Positions 20,069 through 30,360 are shown, counted from the stretch's first letter. The stretch is DNA of 64,000 nt from an uncultured delta proteobacterium (GCA_963826785.1 CAWGYD010000006.1:64001-128000); one strand, 5' to 3'. Numbers and translations: made by a program. Notes: generated by a model from the letters alone, not told the origin.

Positions 20069-21343
20069 ATGCTAATTGCGCAGAACAAATCCCTGATCCG
20101 GATCATCTTTACCCGAAGGATGCTGGTGGCACTGATGATGGGGTTTTCCAGCGGGCTTCCCCTGATGCTCACCTTATCCGTGCTCCAGGCCTGGATGACC
20201 CTCGAGGGGGTGGATCTGTCCGTGATCGGGCTGATGGCGCTGGTGGGGCTTCCCTACACCGTCAAATTTCTGTGGGCGCCGGTGCTGGACCGCTTTGTCC
20301 CGCCGGTTTTCGGGAGGCGCCGGGGATGGCTGCTGATCGCCCAGGCGCTTCTGGCGGGGGCCATCATCTGGCTGGGGTTTTCGGAGCCGGCCGGGCGGCC
20401 GGCCCTGACCGCCTTTGCCGCATTCCTGGTGACCTTTTTTTCTGCCTCCCAGGATATCGTGGTGGATGCCTACCGCCGGGAGGACATCCCGGATGCCGAA
20501 CTGGGGTTCGCCTCATCCCTGTACATCAACGGATACCGGATGGGCATGCTCCTTTCCGGCGGCGGCGGGCTGATCCTGGCGGGCTACCTGCCTTTTCGCA
20601 TGGTCTACCTGGTGATGGCCGGGTGCATGCTCCCCGGCATCATCACCACCCTGCTGGCCCCGGAGCCCGCCATGCATGCCGGACCGCCCAAAAGCATGCG
20701 GGCGGCGGTGATCGATCCCCTGGCCGAATATTTCAGCCGGCCCGGCGCCGTCTGGATTCTATTGTTTATCCTGCTCTACAAGATCGGGGATTCCATGGCC
20801 TCGGCCATGACCACGCCCTTTTACCTGGAAGTGGGATACACCACCGCGCAGATCGGGGCGGTGGTCAAGATTTTCGGGTTCTGGGCCGTTCTTGCCGGGG
20901 CCCTGCTGGGCGGTATCATGACCCTGCGGGTGGGCATTTTCGGAGGGCTGTGGGTTTTCGGCATTCTCCAGGCCATTTCCACCGCCTGCTTTGCCTGGCT
21001 GACCCAGACGGGGCCGAGCATTTCCGCCCTGGCCGCGGTGATCGGGTTTGAAAATTTAACCAGCGGAATGGGGACCGCCGCGTTTGTGGCGTTCATGGCC
21101 CTGCTGACGGACAAACGGTTCACCGCCACACAGTATGCGCTCCTGAGCAGCCTGATGGGCGTGCCCCGGGTGTTTGCCGCGGCCCCCACCGGTTTTCTGG
21201 CCGGCGCTGTGGGGTGGGCGCCATTTTTTCTCATCTGTGCGGCCGCCGCCATTCCCGGACTGTTGCTGCTGTTTAGGTTCGGCGGCTGGCAGTTCGCCTC
21301 AACGAAACCGGACGCCGCCCATGCGGCCGATACGGCGGCATAA
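20069..21343 (+). CDS. ampG: AmpG family muropeptide MFS permease
   Basis: GFSSGLP, KFLWAP, GRRRGW, SASQDIVVDAYRRE, YINGYR, FTATQYALLSS. Confidence 0.93.
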   Translation: MLIAQNKSLIRIIFTRRMLVALMMGFSSGLPLMLTLSVLQAWMTLEGVDLSVIGLMALVGLPYTVKFLWAPVLDRFVPPVFGRRRGWLLIAQALLAGAIIWLGFSEPAGRPALTAFAAFLVTFFSASQDIVVDAYRREDIPDAELGFASSLYINGYRMGMLLSGGGGLILAGYLPFRMVYLVMAGCMLPGIITTLLAPEPAMHAGPPKSMRAAVIDPLAEYFSRPGAVWILLFILLYKIGDSMASAMTTPFYLEVGYTTAQIGAVVKIFGFWAVLAGALLGGIMTLRVGIFGGLWVFGILQAISTACFAWLTQTGPSISALAAVIGFENLTSGMGTAAFVAFMALLTDKRFTATQYALLSSLMGVPRVFAAAPTGFLAGAVGWAPFFLICAAAAIPGLLLLFRFGGWQFASTKPDAAHAADTAA

Positions 21344-21552
21344 AACCGGGACCCAGCGCGCCTTATTACGCCTTTATTTTTCCGATCCAGTGATTATGTT
21401 TGCAGTTCATTGCCTTGTTACGGCGATCATCCGCTTACTCCCCTGTGATCCCCGATTGGTATTGAAAAGCCGGGCGATCATGTTAAGATTGAACCGAACC
21501 GGAACCATCTCCGGTGTGAAATTAAAATCGACTTGGATAATAAGCATTTATT

Positions 21553-23340
21553 ATGACGCAACATATAAGTGATGTACAGGAATGGCGGCAGCATCTCAAA
21601 CGGATCGAGAAGCTGACTGAACAACGGCGGCGGATCCTTTCGCTGCCGCCGGAACAGGCCATCAACGATATTCTCGATCACCCCCAGGCCACCGCGCTGG
21701 TCCATTCGTTTGCAGAAGAAGATTTCTTTTTCCTGATCCACGATATCGGCCCGGGCGATTCCCTGGAACTGCTGTCCCTGGCTTCGGACCGGCAGTGGGA
21801 ATTCATCCTGGACGTGGAAACGTGGCAGCGCGACCAGCTGCATCTTCCCGCCATGATTCACTGGATGAACCTGATGATGCAGGCGGACCCGAACCGCTTC
21901 GTGCGCTGGGCCATGTCCGACAAGCAGGAAATGATCGAATACTGCCTGTTCAAGTCCATCGACGTGATCATCCGGGAGCATGACCAGGACCCTTCCGACT
22001 TCGATGATGGTTTTACCACCGTGGACGACATCTTTTATTTCCGCATTCCGGAGGCATCCGATTCGGACATGGAGGCTAAATCAGAAGCGGATAACAAAGA
22101 CGATCCCGATACGGATGATGCCGAGGATACCCGCAAGGCGTTTCTCACCAATATGCTGCACCGCATGGCATCAAACGACCATGTGGCCTTTCAGCAGCTG
22201 CTGCTGCGTTCCCTTACGGTCATTCCAGCGGAAAGCGAGGAAGAGGCCTACCGCTTTCGGAATGTCCGGCTGGCAGAAAAGGGCTTCCTCCCCTTTGACG
22301 AAGCCGTGGGCATCTACCAGCCCATCAACACCGAATACCTGAAAAAGCAGAAAAAGCATGTCGCAGAGCGGGTGGAGGAAGGCTTTTTTATTCCGGCCCC
22401 CATCAACCATGCGGCGCTGATGGGGGTGGACAATCTCTTCAGCCGGAACCTGGCCCGGATCACGCTTGAGGATTCCTTAAACCAGATCCAGATCGAATTT
22501 GCGGCCCTGTGCAACCGGATCATCGCGGCCGACCAGGAGCCGATCCGGAGCCGGGAAGAACTCCGGGCGGTGGTCAAGAAGACCTGCGCCTACCTGGAAA
22601 TCGGGCTGGAAAAGATGGCCGGCGGCAAAAACCGGGCCGACGACAGCCGGATTGCGGCCTACATCCGGACCTACCCGCTGATGGATATTTTCCGGATCGG
22701 GTACTCCCAGGTGGCCAATCTGCGGAACAAGGCCCTGAGATGGCGCAAAAACAGCTGGTTTGCCGAAAGGAAGCTGGCGCTGAGCTTCTGGGGAGAGCAC
22801 CTGGTGGGCATGATCGGCGGACTGCTGCTCAAGCGTCCCCGGTTTTTCGATAATTTTGAAACCGGCGTGATGTATCGGGAATTTGAGTCCATTAAGGACG
22901 TCAAGCGCGCCCGGGCCGCCCTGAAGGAAGCGATGGTCTTCGACGACCTGCTCTCCTGCATGGCCATCCGGACCGATATCTTCCCGGAAAATCATTTCAT
23001 CACCTTCAAGAACCTGCTGCTCACCCTCTGGGCGCGCCATGAACTGAAAATGGCGTCCATCCCGCAGGAAATCCCGGTGGAGCGATTCCGCTCCTTTTTC
23101 GAAGATCTGTGGGAAACCGGGGGGGAGACTGTCGCCATCCGGGAAGAAAAGAAAACCGGGTTTTTACGGTGGCTGTCCGCGGAATCCGGATTCACCGATG
23201 GGGAAATTTCGGAAAACATGGGACATTTCCTGGAGGGCCTGTTTGCGGAAATGGCGGATGAATACCGGGAAGTGCGTGCAAAAGAACTGGAACCCCGGTT
23301 CGTTCATCTGTTCCTGCTGAAGGATGGCCATAAGGCCTGA
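21553..23340 (+). CDS. Conserved hypothetical protein, DUF6178-like
   Basis: 595 aa acidic helical protein; EEDFFFLIHDIG, FILDVETW and EEEAYRFRNVRLAEKGF resemble the deltaproteobacterial DUF6178 family (recalled, not searched). Confidence 0.65.
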   Translation: MTQHISDVQEWRQHLKRIEKLTEQRRRILSLPPEQAINDILDHPQATALVHSFAEEDFFFLIHDIGPGDSLELLSLASDRQWEFILDVETWQRDQLHLPAMIHWMNLMMQADPNRFVRWAMSDKQEMIEYCLFKSIDVIIREHDQDPSDFDDGFTTVDDIFYFRIPEASDSDMEAKSEADNKDDPDTDDAEDTRKAFLTNMLHRMASNDHVAFQQLLLRSLTVIPAESEEEAYRFRNVRLAEKGFLPFDEAVGIYQPINTEYLKKQKKHVAERVEEGFFIPAPINHAALMGVDNLFSRNLARITLEDSLNQIQIEFAALCNRIIAADQEPIRSREELRAVVKKTCAYLEIGLEKMAGGKNRADDSRIAAYIRTYPLMDIFRIGYSQVANLRNKALRWRKNSWFAERKLALSFWGEHLVGMIGGLLLKRPRFFDNFETGVMYREFESIKDVKRARAALKEAMVFDDLLSCMAIRTDIFPENHFITFKNLLLTLWARHELKMASIPQEIPVERFRSFFEDLWETGGETVAIREEKKTGFLRWLSAESGFTDGEISENMGHFLEGLFAEMADEYREVRAKELEPRFVHLFLLKDGHKA

Positions 23341-23466
23341 TTCCTTTGATTTCACATCCGGACACGATTGACCGATTCGTCCGGCAGGACTATCCGCTGG
23401 GGGCTGCCTCTCTGCCGGGATAACCCCATTTAAAAAATCTTTACTCATTTAAAAACGGAGGAAACA

Positions 23467-23832
23467 ATGAATGGCAACCAATTGAACGACCTTGACCTGT
23501 CCGTCGACAAACAAAACCTTTACCGGGAAGAATCCATGACCGACCTGAAGGTGGCTTCCATCCGGCAGCTGATCCCCATCAAGACCGACGGATCGGTGGA
23601 TCCGGAGCGAAAACCCGTATTCATCGGGCACACCCAGCTCATGTCACCCGATGGCCCCCTGCCCGTCCAGGCGCACCTGGAAGCGGATTCGTTCGAACAG
23701 GCTTTGGAGAAATTTCCGGCCATCATGAAGCAGGCCATTTCGGAGATGATCGATGAACTCAAGAAATGGCAGCAGGAACAACAGCAGCAGGGAAAAGGCG
23801 ACGATTCCCGCATTATCATTCCCCGCATGTAA
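23467..23832 (+). CDS. Small conserved cytoplasmic protein, copy 1
   Basis: GGAGG RBS; NLYREESxTDLKVASIR...FIGHxQLMSP.GPLP...SRIIxP; paralogue of 25780-26148. Confidence 0.85.
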   Translation: MNGNQLNDLDLSVDKQNLYREESMTDLKVASIRQLIPIKTDGSVDPERKPVFIGHTQLMSPDGPLPVQAHLEADSFEQALEKFPAIMKQAISEMIDELKKWQQEQQQQGKGDDSRIIIPRM

Positions 23833-23859
23833 ACAGCCCGCTTCTCCGATTGCCCCGAT

Positions 23860-23892
23860 TGCCCTGCGCCGGCTCTAAGCCGCCGCAGGGCA
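23860..23892 (+). terminator. GC-rich hairpin (terminator or stabilising element) after 23467-23832
   Basis: TGCCCTGCG-C-CGGC-TCTAA-GCCG-C-CGCAGGGCA; no T-tract. Confidence 0.4.
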
Positions 23893-24293
23893 GCACCTCA
23901 TACATCCTGGCAGGGGCATTACATGTTCCTGCCGGTGATCAATTTCTTGCAGCTCCCCCTGCCCCCCTCAAAAGGCGGGTTAAAATTTTTCATGGCAGCG
24001 ATTGCTGAGGGGCAGGGGGCTCAGACCCATCTTTTCATCTGTTTTACCGCTCAAGATAATGGTTGTATCCGGGTTTTGCCCGTGTTATTAGCTCTGACCG
24101 ATTAGAACATCCGGAAAATCCGTCCGGGCAGTACAACTGAAAATAAATGTCATGGAAAATTTCTTCACGTTCCCGTCCCCCCGGCGATATCGTCAGATGC
24201 CGCCGTTCTCGACGTCCATGTAAAAAAGTCTGAAGAAAACCGTTCCCAGCCCAGTTCACATGCGCTTTGCGTTTTAATTTCCATTGAGCCCGT

Positions 24294-25682
24294 ATGCACG
24301 ATTCCCATTGGACCGACCTGAAGTATTCCTTTATTGACGGAGTGTTCGCCCATATTTTCGCCACGCTGACCGGCGGGTTGTTTCTGACCGGTTTTGCCCT
24401 GTTTCTGGGAATGAACGAGCTGATGATCGGGATGCTGGCCGCCATTCCGTTTTTGGCCACCATATTCCAGTTTCCGACCTGCTATTTCCTGGAGCGCCGG
24501 GGAAGCCGAAAACGATTCACCGGAAGGGCCGCCCTGATCGCCCGGACCCTGTGGATGCCGATCCTGATAATCGCCCTGCTGCCCGGAAACGGATACGGGG
24601 TGAAAGGATGGATCATCCTCGGGCTCATCTTTGCCTCCCATGCGGCTATTTCCGTCAGCTATGTTTCCTGGCTGTCCTGGATTTCCGATCTGGTGCCCGC
24701 GGGGATACGGGGCCGATTTTTCGGTTCGCGAAATATGCTCTGCGGGGCGGCGGGCATGACGGGCATGCTGGTGTTCGGCAATCTGCTGGATCATTTGCGG
24801 CACAACGGCGACCCGGCCATCGGGTTTTCCATCGTACTGACAGCAGCGGTGCTCTCCGGGCTGATCAGCCTTTTGTTCCAGAGACGCATTTCAGAACCGG
24901 CCTGCAGGATTTCTCCTGAACCTTTAATCCCTTTTGCCAAGGGGATCCTGCTGCCGTTTAAACGGAAAAACTTCCGCCGGTTCATCCTGTTTTCTTTTTT
25001 CTGGAATTTTTCCGTCTATTTCGCCAGCCCGTTTTTCACCCTGTATTTCCTGAGAAACCTTCATTTCAGCTATTCATTTGTGGCGCTTCTGGGAACCGTG
25101 TCCGCCCTGGCCGACCTTCTGGGAATGCAGGTATGGGGCCGCATTGCCGACCGGGTGAAAAACAAGGCGGTGATCCGGCTGGCGATGGGGTTTGTCGTCT
25201 TTCTCCCCCTGGCATGGTCGGTGATCGGGCCGGACAGCCTGGTTCTGCCGATCCTGTTCCATTTCCTGGGGGGAGGCTTCTGGGCCGGCATCACCCTTTG
25301 CACCAACAACCTGCTGTTCGGCCTGGCTCCGGCGCAAAACAAATCCTTTTACCTGTCGGGCTACAATCTGGCCGCCGGTCTGGGAGCGGCCATCAGCCCG
25401 GTGGCCGCCGGACTGATCTTAAAACTCATCGACGGCATGCCGTTTCAGATCGGAGCCATCCCCATCCTGCCGCTCCAGATGATCTTTATCACCTCCAGCG
25501 TCCTGCGGCTGGTCAGTTCCCAGCTCATCCTGGCCGTGCGGGAACCGGAAGAGGCATCCCCGGTTCAGGTGATCCGGATACTCAAAAATGTCCGGGTGCT
25601 CAATATCGCTTCCGGATTCAACCAGCTGCTGCATCCGTTCGTGGAAATTTCCAAAGAGGCCCAATGCGAAAAACATAGATAA
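24294..25682 (+). CDS. MFS transporter
   Basis: About 12 TM segments; WISDLVPAGIRGRFFG and WGRIADRVKNK loop motifs. Confidence 0.88.
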   Translation: MHDSHWTDLKYSFIDGVFAHIFATLTGGLFLTGFALFLGMNELMIGMLAAIPFLATIFQFPTCYFLERRGSRKRFTGRAALIARTLWMPILIIALLPGNGYGVKGWIILGLIFASHAAISVSYVSWLSWISDLVPAGIRGRFFGSRNMLCGAAGMTGMLVFGNLLDHLRHNGDPAIGFSIVLTAAVLSGLISLLFQRRISEPACRISPEPLIPFAKGILLPFKRKNFRRFILFSFFWNFSVYFASPFFTLYFLRNLHFSYSFVALLGTVSALADLLGMQVWGRIADRVKNKAVIRLAMGFVVFLPLAWSVIGPDSLVLPILFHFLGGGFWAGITLCTNNLLFGLAPAQNKSFYLSGYNLAAGLGAAISPVAAGLILKLIDGMPFQIGAIPILPLQMIFITSSVLRLVSSQLILAVREPEEASPVQVIRILKNVRVLNIASGFNQLLHPFVEISKEAQCEKHR

Positions 25683-25779
25683 ATTATCTGTTGCAGCTTC
25701 CGCCGATTCGTGAAAGATTTGACAGAATATTTTTCGGAACCTATTTTATTAATAAATCCAATATAAAGGGAGGTCTTTC

Positions 25780-26148
25780 ATGAATGGTGAGCAGCAGTTG
25801 GACAGCATCAGTTTCACGGTGGACGAAAACAATCTGTACCGGGAGGAATCCATCACGGATCTCAAGGTGGCATCCATCCGGAAGCTGGTTCCCATCAAAT
25901 CCGACGGAACGGATGATCCGGGCAGAAAGGCGGTTTTCATCGGCCACTCCCAGCTCATGTCCCCCCAGGGACCGCTGCCCATCCAGGCCCGCCTGAATGC
26001 TGACAACATCTCCGACGCCATGAAGGAATTTCCCGGGGCCATGAAGCAGGCGCTGGCCGGCATGGTGGAAAAATTGAAGCAGTACCAGGATCAGCAGGCC
26101 CGCCAGAAACAGCAGGGCGAATCCCGTATCATCGTCCCCAAAATGTAA
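25780..26148 (+). CDS. Small conserved cytoplasmic protein, copy 2
   Basis: GGGAGG RBS; paralogue of 23467-23832. Confidence 0.85.
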   Translation: MNGEQQLDSISFTVDENNLYREESITDLKVASIRKLVPIKSDGTDDPGRKAVFIGHSQLMSPQGPLPIQARLNADNISDAMKEFPGAMKQALAGMVEKLKQYQDQQARQKQQGESRIIVPKM

Positions 26149-26193
26149 TCTCCTCAATTCTCATTACACTCCGGAAGAAGAAAGGCGCTTTTG

Positions 26194-27465
26194 ATGCCTT
26201 CGCGACTTTGTCTGCACAATACCCTGACCGGACGCAAGGAAATCTTCAAACCGGCGGATAATCACCATGTAAAGATCTTCACCTGCGGCCCTTCCATTTA
26301 TGACTGGCCGCATATCGGCAACTACCGCACCTTCCTGTACGAGGATATTCTCCAGCGGTATCTGGAATATAGCGGGTATGAAGTCGAACGGATGATCAAC
26401 TTCACCGACGTGGAAGACAAAGCCATCGAGCGGGCCCGGAAGAAAGGCATTTCCCTGGATCAGCTCACCCAGCCGGTGGCCGATGCATTCCTGCAGTCCT
26501 GCCGGATTCTCAAGATCAAGCTGCCCGCAGACATCCCCCGGTCGTCCACCACGGTGGAGGCGGCGGCGGAGCTGACCCGGGCGCTGATGGAAAAAGGATA
26601 TGCCTACCGGCACGGACAGGATGTTTATTATGATCCTTTGAAATTCAAGGGTTTCGGGAAGCTTTACGGCCTGGACATGAGCAAGTGGCCCAAAAAGAAA
26701 GTCCGTTTCGGCAGGGACACGTACCCGGGTCAGCGGTGGAACCTGGGAGACTTCATCCTGTGGAAAGGGGGGCGCTGCCGGCCGGAAGACGACGCCTGCT
26801 GGGACACACCCCTCGGCCAGGGGCGTCCCTCCTGGAATATCCAGGACCCGGCCATGATCTCAAGCCGCCTGGGCTTTCAGGTGGACATCAGCTGCGGCGG
26901 CGTGGACAACCTATACCGGCATCATGACTACATCATCGCCATCATGGAGGGTGTGTCCGGTAAACCGTACGCGCAGTACTGGCTTCACGGGGAGCATGTT
27001 CTCTCCGACGGGAAAAAAATGTCCAAGAGCCGGGGCAATATCCTCTATATCAAAGATCTGCTCACCTCCGGATACCTTCCTCACCATCTCCGCTTTTTCC
27101 TGATCTACGGCCATTACCGGGAGAAAATGAATGTCTGTGACGATCAGCTGCAGCTTGCCCGGGGGAAAATCGACACCTTTGCGGACCTCGCCTGTTACCT
27201 GAAAGATAACATATCGACGTATGGCGGCTCCGAAAAGGCCGCATCCCATCGGGTCGACCGCATCAGAACCGATTTTGAAAAGCACATGAACGATGATCTT
27301 AATGTCCGGGCCGCCTTTGACGCCACCTACGAAAATTTGAAAAAACTGGTCCAATTCAAAACCGAGGGCAAACTGAAGCAAAACGACTGCGAAAGGGCGC
27401 TTGCGGAAATAAAACGGATCGATCAGGTGTGGCAGGTTCTCAGCTGCAGGATTTTTAAGGACTGA
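26194..27465 (+). CDS. Cysteinyl-tRNA synthetase-like class I ligase paralogue (atypical active site, no anticodon domain)
   Basis: LHNTLTGRKE, FTCGPS, HIGN, NFTDVEDK, DFILWK, GRPSWNIQD, KMSKSRGN, DALR-like MNDDLN. The protein ends about 55 aa after that motif. Confidence 0.85.
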   Translation: MPSRLCLHNTLTGRKEIFKPADNHHVKIFTCGPSIYDWPHIGNYRTFLYEDILQRYLEYSGYEVERMINFTDVEDKAIERARKKGISLDQLTQPVADAFLQSCRILKIKLPADIPRSSTTVEAAAELTRALMEKGYAYRHGQDVYYDPLKFKGFGKLYGLDMSKWPKKKVRFGRDTYPGQRWNLGDFILWKGGRCRPEDDACWDTPLGQGRPSWNIQDPAMISSRLGFQVDISCGGVDNLYRHHDYIIAIMEGVSGKPYAQYWLHGEHVLSDGKKMSKSRGNILYIKDLLTSGYLPHHLRFFLIYGHYREKMNVCDDQLQLARGKIDTFADLACYLKDNISTYGGSEKAASHRVDRIRTDFEKHMNDDLNVRAAFDATYENLKKLVQFKTEGKLKQNDCERALAEIKRIDQVWQVLSCRIFKD

Positions 27466-27469
27466 GGTT

Positions 27470-29362
27470 TCAATTCCCGGCTTTTGCGGTCTGCCGCCTA
27501 TCCAGATCGTAGTGGAACATCTCGATGCGCGTGTCGTCAAGGCCTGCGCCATGAACTTTCCGGCAGGCCTGGTGAACGAAATTGACGATCTGAGGATCGA
27601 CGAGATAGCTGTATGACGTTTCCCAGGTAATCCAGCCGCACCGGGTGTTTTTCAGCAGCAGGACAAAGTCGATAAAATTTCGGGGCAGATCCTTCATCGA
27701 CTTGATCGGTTTAGATTCTGAATCATAGTAGTATGGTCTGAAATAGGGCCCCGCCACCAGGGTTTCCCTGTCCGGGTTGTATTCTTTCTGCAAGGTCTTG
27801 TAGGCAACCGATGGGCTGCCGTAGAGCGGGTGACGATTGTACAATCCGTCATATTCCATGTAGAAAACAAATCCGACCCTGGCCAACAGCAGAAAGGTCA
27901 GAATAAAAAGCGCGGTTTTCGATCTGAAACTGCGGCCCAGAAGAATAAACAGATATACGATCAGCATGATCCCAAAGACATTGCAGTGGGCGCTGTACTT
28001 GAAACCCGGGTATCGATTGGCCGTAAAGACGAAGAAAATAATGGCCACCGCCGTGATCAGGTACAAAAAAGCCAGACGGTCCCTGAAGGATTTCTGCTTT
28101 ATGCAGCATACGACCGCCCCGCCGATGAGCAGGATGGAAATGCCGGCTTCCATGGAAAAAGGGTAGGCAAACAGGTATTTGAAATACACATAGTTGTGGA
28201 TTTTAAAAAAATGCAGGTTGTCCAAAAACCATTTCATGGGAAGATAGTGGATCAACACCGGCAGGGTCAAGGCAGACAGCATGAAGATAAAAATATATTT
28301 CTTTTGGGGTGCGGTGACGGCAAGATATAGAAAAAACAAAAACCCGATCGGCAGGATGAGAAGTGAATTCGGGTGGATGATATACGCAAGGGGCAGTAGT
28401 GCCAGTGCCGCCAGAAAATACCCGTAATGAAAATTCATGAAGGTCTTGTAAAAACCGGCGACCCTTCCCGAATGTTCACCGATGTCGAGTTCCTCGGTCA
28501 GCGTCCGGTAAACCGCATAGCCCAGAATCAGAAACAACGGGATCAGCAAGGCGTACATCCGGGTCCACCGGAAAAAATCCACGTATTTCGGATAGAGCAT
28601 GATGGTTGCGGCAAAGATATACGCAGAAAACCGGTCCCTTGAGAAATGATGCGCCACGATATAGGACAGGAGCACGAACAGGACACCGAACAGGACCGAA
28701 ATGATTCGGGAGGACCATTCCGATATGCCGAAGATTTTATATGACTGGGCCACCAGCCAGGTATGTGGCCATGACCGGGTATAAACGTTTTCTGAAAGCC
28801 GGTTTTCCAGAAAATCCCACTGGTTGAATTTTCCGGCATGGTAGTACCCGGCCGCACTGCCCACCACCAGGTACTCATCCGTCCGAAAATCCAGATTGTC
28901 CAGTTTATAGCTGTAAATCGCCATGGATGCGGCCACCAGAATCATCAGGCCGGCTGCATACACCCGTTTCCCGGAATATGTTGCGGACCTGGAACTTCCA
29001 GATGCAGTCCTGCATTCCCCGGCAGGCCTTTCGCCGCTTTCTTCTGCCAGAAGCGCATTGATCTGCTGCCGATGGAAAAATACATATGCGATCCCGATCA
29101 GCGTTGTCAAAATGGCAAGACTGACGCGTAATATTGAAACCGGCGTGTGATAGAGGGTGCGGTCATAATCGGAAAAAGAAGCGCAGACCGACAGGACCAG
29201 CAGCACAAAAAACAAGGCCGTTAAAATTCGGCCGGCAGTAAACCATGCATACGCATTTCCGTCCTGCCCGGGCGGCGTATTTTTTGGGGAGGCCGCTTTT
29301 GTCCCGGCTGATTTGGAGGCAGAATTATTTATTCGGCCATTTTTCTGCCTGCTCTTTTTCAC
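27470..29362 (-). CDS. GT-C fold membrane glycosyltransferase (ArnT/PMT-like)
   Basis: DE motif in the first loop (FRTDEY), IFGISEWSSR, RMYAL and many TM segments. Its GTG start overlaps the upstream TGA. Confidence 0.8.
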   Translation of the reverse strand: MKKSRQKNGRINNSASKSAGTKAASPKNTPPGQDGNAYAWFTAGRILTALFFVLLVLSVCASFSDYDRTLYHTPVSILRVSLAILTTLIGIAYVFFHRQQINALLAEESGERPAGECRTASGSSRSATYSGKRVYAAGLMILVAASMAIYSYKLDNLDFRTDEYLVVGSAAGYYHAGKFNQWDFLENRLSENVYTRSWPHTWLVAQSYKIFGISEWSSRIISVLFGVLFVLLSYIVAHHFSRDRFSAYIFAATIMLYPKYVDFFRWTRMYALLIPLFLILGYAVYRTLTEELDIGEHSGRVAGFYKTFMNFHYGYFLAALALLPLAYIIHPNSLLILPIGFLFFLYLAVTAPQKKYIFIFMLSALTLPVLIHYLPMKWFLDNLHFFKIHNYVYFKYLFAYPFSMEAGISILLIGGAVVCCIKQKSFRDRLAFLYLITAVAIIFFVFTANRYPGFKYSAHCNVFGIMLIVYLFILLGRSFRSKTALFILTFLLLARVGFVFYMEYDGLYNRHPLYGSPSVAYKTLQKEYNPDRETLVAGPYFRPYYYDSESKPIKSMKDLPRNFIDFVLLLKNTRCGWITWETSYSYLVDPQIVNFVHQACRKVHGAGLDDTRIEMFHYDLDRRQTAKAGN

Positions 29363-30264
29363 CGCCGGCCTCCGGGAAAAACGCGCGTTGAAATAGCCGC
29401 TTCAGGGATCTCACGCATTTCTTCCTTTACTGTTGTCGGGGCAAGCATAAATTCCACGAAAAGTGGTTTGTGATCCGATGACACGGCACTTTCCAGCACC
29501 ACCGGGCTTCCCGGCTTTACTGAAAGATACCTGGGGCTGTAGAATATGTGATCCAGCGGGCAAATGAATGCTTGCATCTGGCGCGATTCCGGGTTGAAGC
29601 CGACCGGAAAAAGCCCCAGAGATTTTGCAATGTCTTCCAGATAGCGCATCCGACTTTTTTTCCAGGTATTAAAATCCCCTGCCAGGATAACCGGCCCTTC
29701 ATGGTTTGCAATCCGCAGTGCGATATGCTGCAGCTGTTCCTGAAATTCGGCAAAACTCCCGAAATTAAGGGCGTGCAGATTGGCCACCATCAGCTGGGTC
29801 TTCGATGGAGAGAGGACATAGCGGGACAGCAGGGCGGATTTGGGCGTGTTCAGTATCGGCTCCAGGCCATTTGAAAGCAAGGCATCGGCATCCACGGGCT
29901 TTGCCCGGGAACCGGTGAGAACCCCGGAATAGGCATTTTGATCCCCCTGGAAAATATTGGGGGAAAAGGCCCATCCCACGCCCGTCACAGACATCATTTG
30001 AATAAATGTTTCTTCCAGGCAAACTTCCTGGAGCAGAAAAAGATCGGGTTTTTTAAATTCGACAATGTGTTGAAATTCCCGCTGCCACCCGGGTCGGCCG
30101 CTCTGCTTGTAAACGTTCCACGAAAGCACCCGGATGGCACTTTCATCGGTACACAACGCCGGATAGTCCGGACTGCTGACGACAAAGGCATTTCGAACCG
30201 GGACCAGGGTGCAGGCGGCCAGAAGCAGGATAGAAATTAAAATGATCCGGCAGATGGATTTCAT
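29359..30264 (-). CDS. Endonuclease/exonuclease/phosphatase family lipoprotein (YafD/UPF0294-like)
   Basis: Lipobox LAAC; SWNVYK, LLQE, NLHALNF, AGDFNTW, LDHIFY, SSDHKPL. Confidence 0.88.
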   Translation of the reverse strand: MKSICRIILISILLLAACTLVPVRNAFVVSSPDYPALCTDESAIRVLSWNVYKQSGRPGWQREFQHIVEFKKPDLFLLQEVCLEETFIQMMSVTGVGWAFSPNIFQGDQNAYSGVLTGSRAKPVDADALLSNGLEPILNTPKSALLSRYVLSPSKTQLMVANLHALNFGSFAEFQEQLQHIALRIANHEGPVILAGDFNTWKKSRMRYLEDIAKSLGLFPVGFNPESRQMQAFICPLDHIFYSPRYLSVKPGSPVVLESAVSSDHKPLFVEFMLAPTTVKEEMREIPEAAISTRVFPGGRR

Positions 30265-30360
30265 GAACCCTTTTCGCTCCCGCCGTTAACCCGGTTCAGG
30301 TTACTGCATTTTTCTAACCCGTTATTCCTTTAAACGCAACCCGTTGTTTATCGTTGCCCA

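Noticed and set aside
27463..27465. TGA ending the CysRS-like gene as a possible Sec/readthrough codon restoring the anticodon domain
   Set aside because: The convergent glycosyltransferase gene ends 4 nt away, and I saw no SECIS-like hairpin or CysRS-like continuation.
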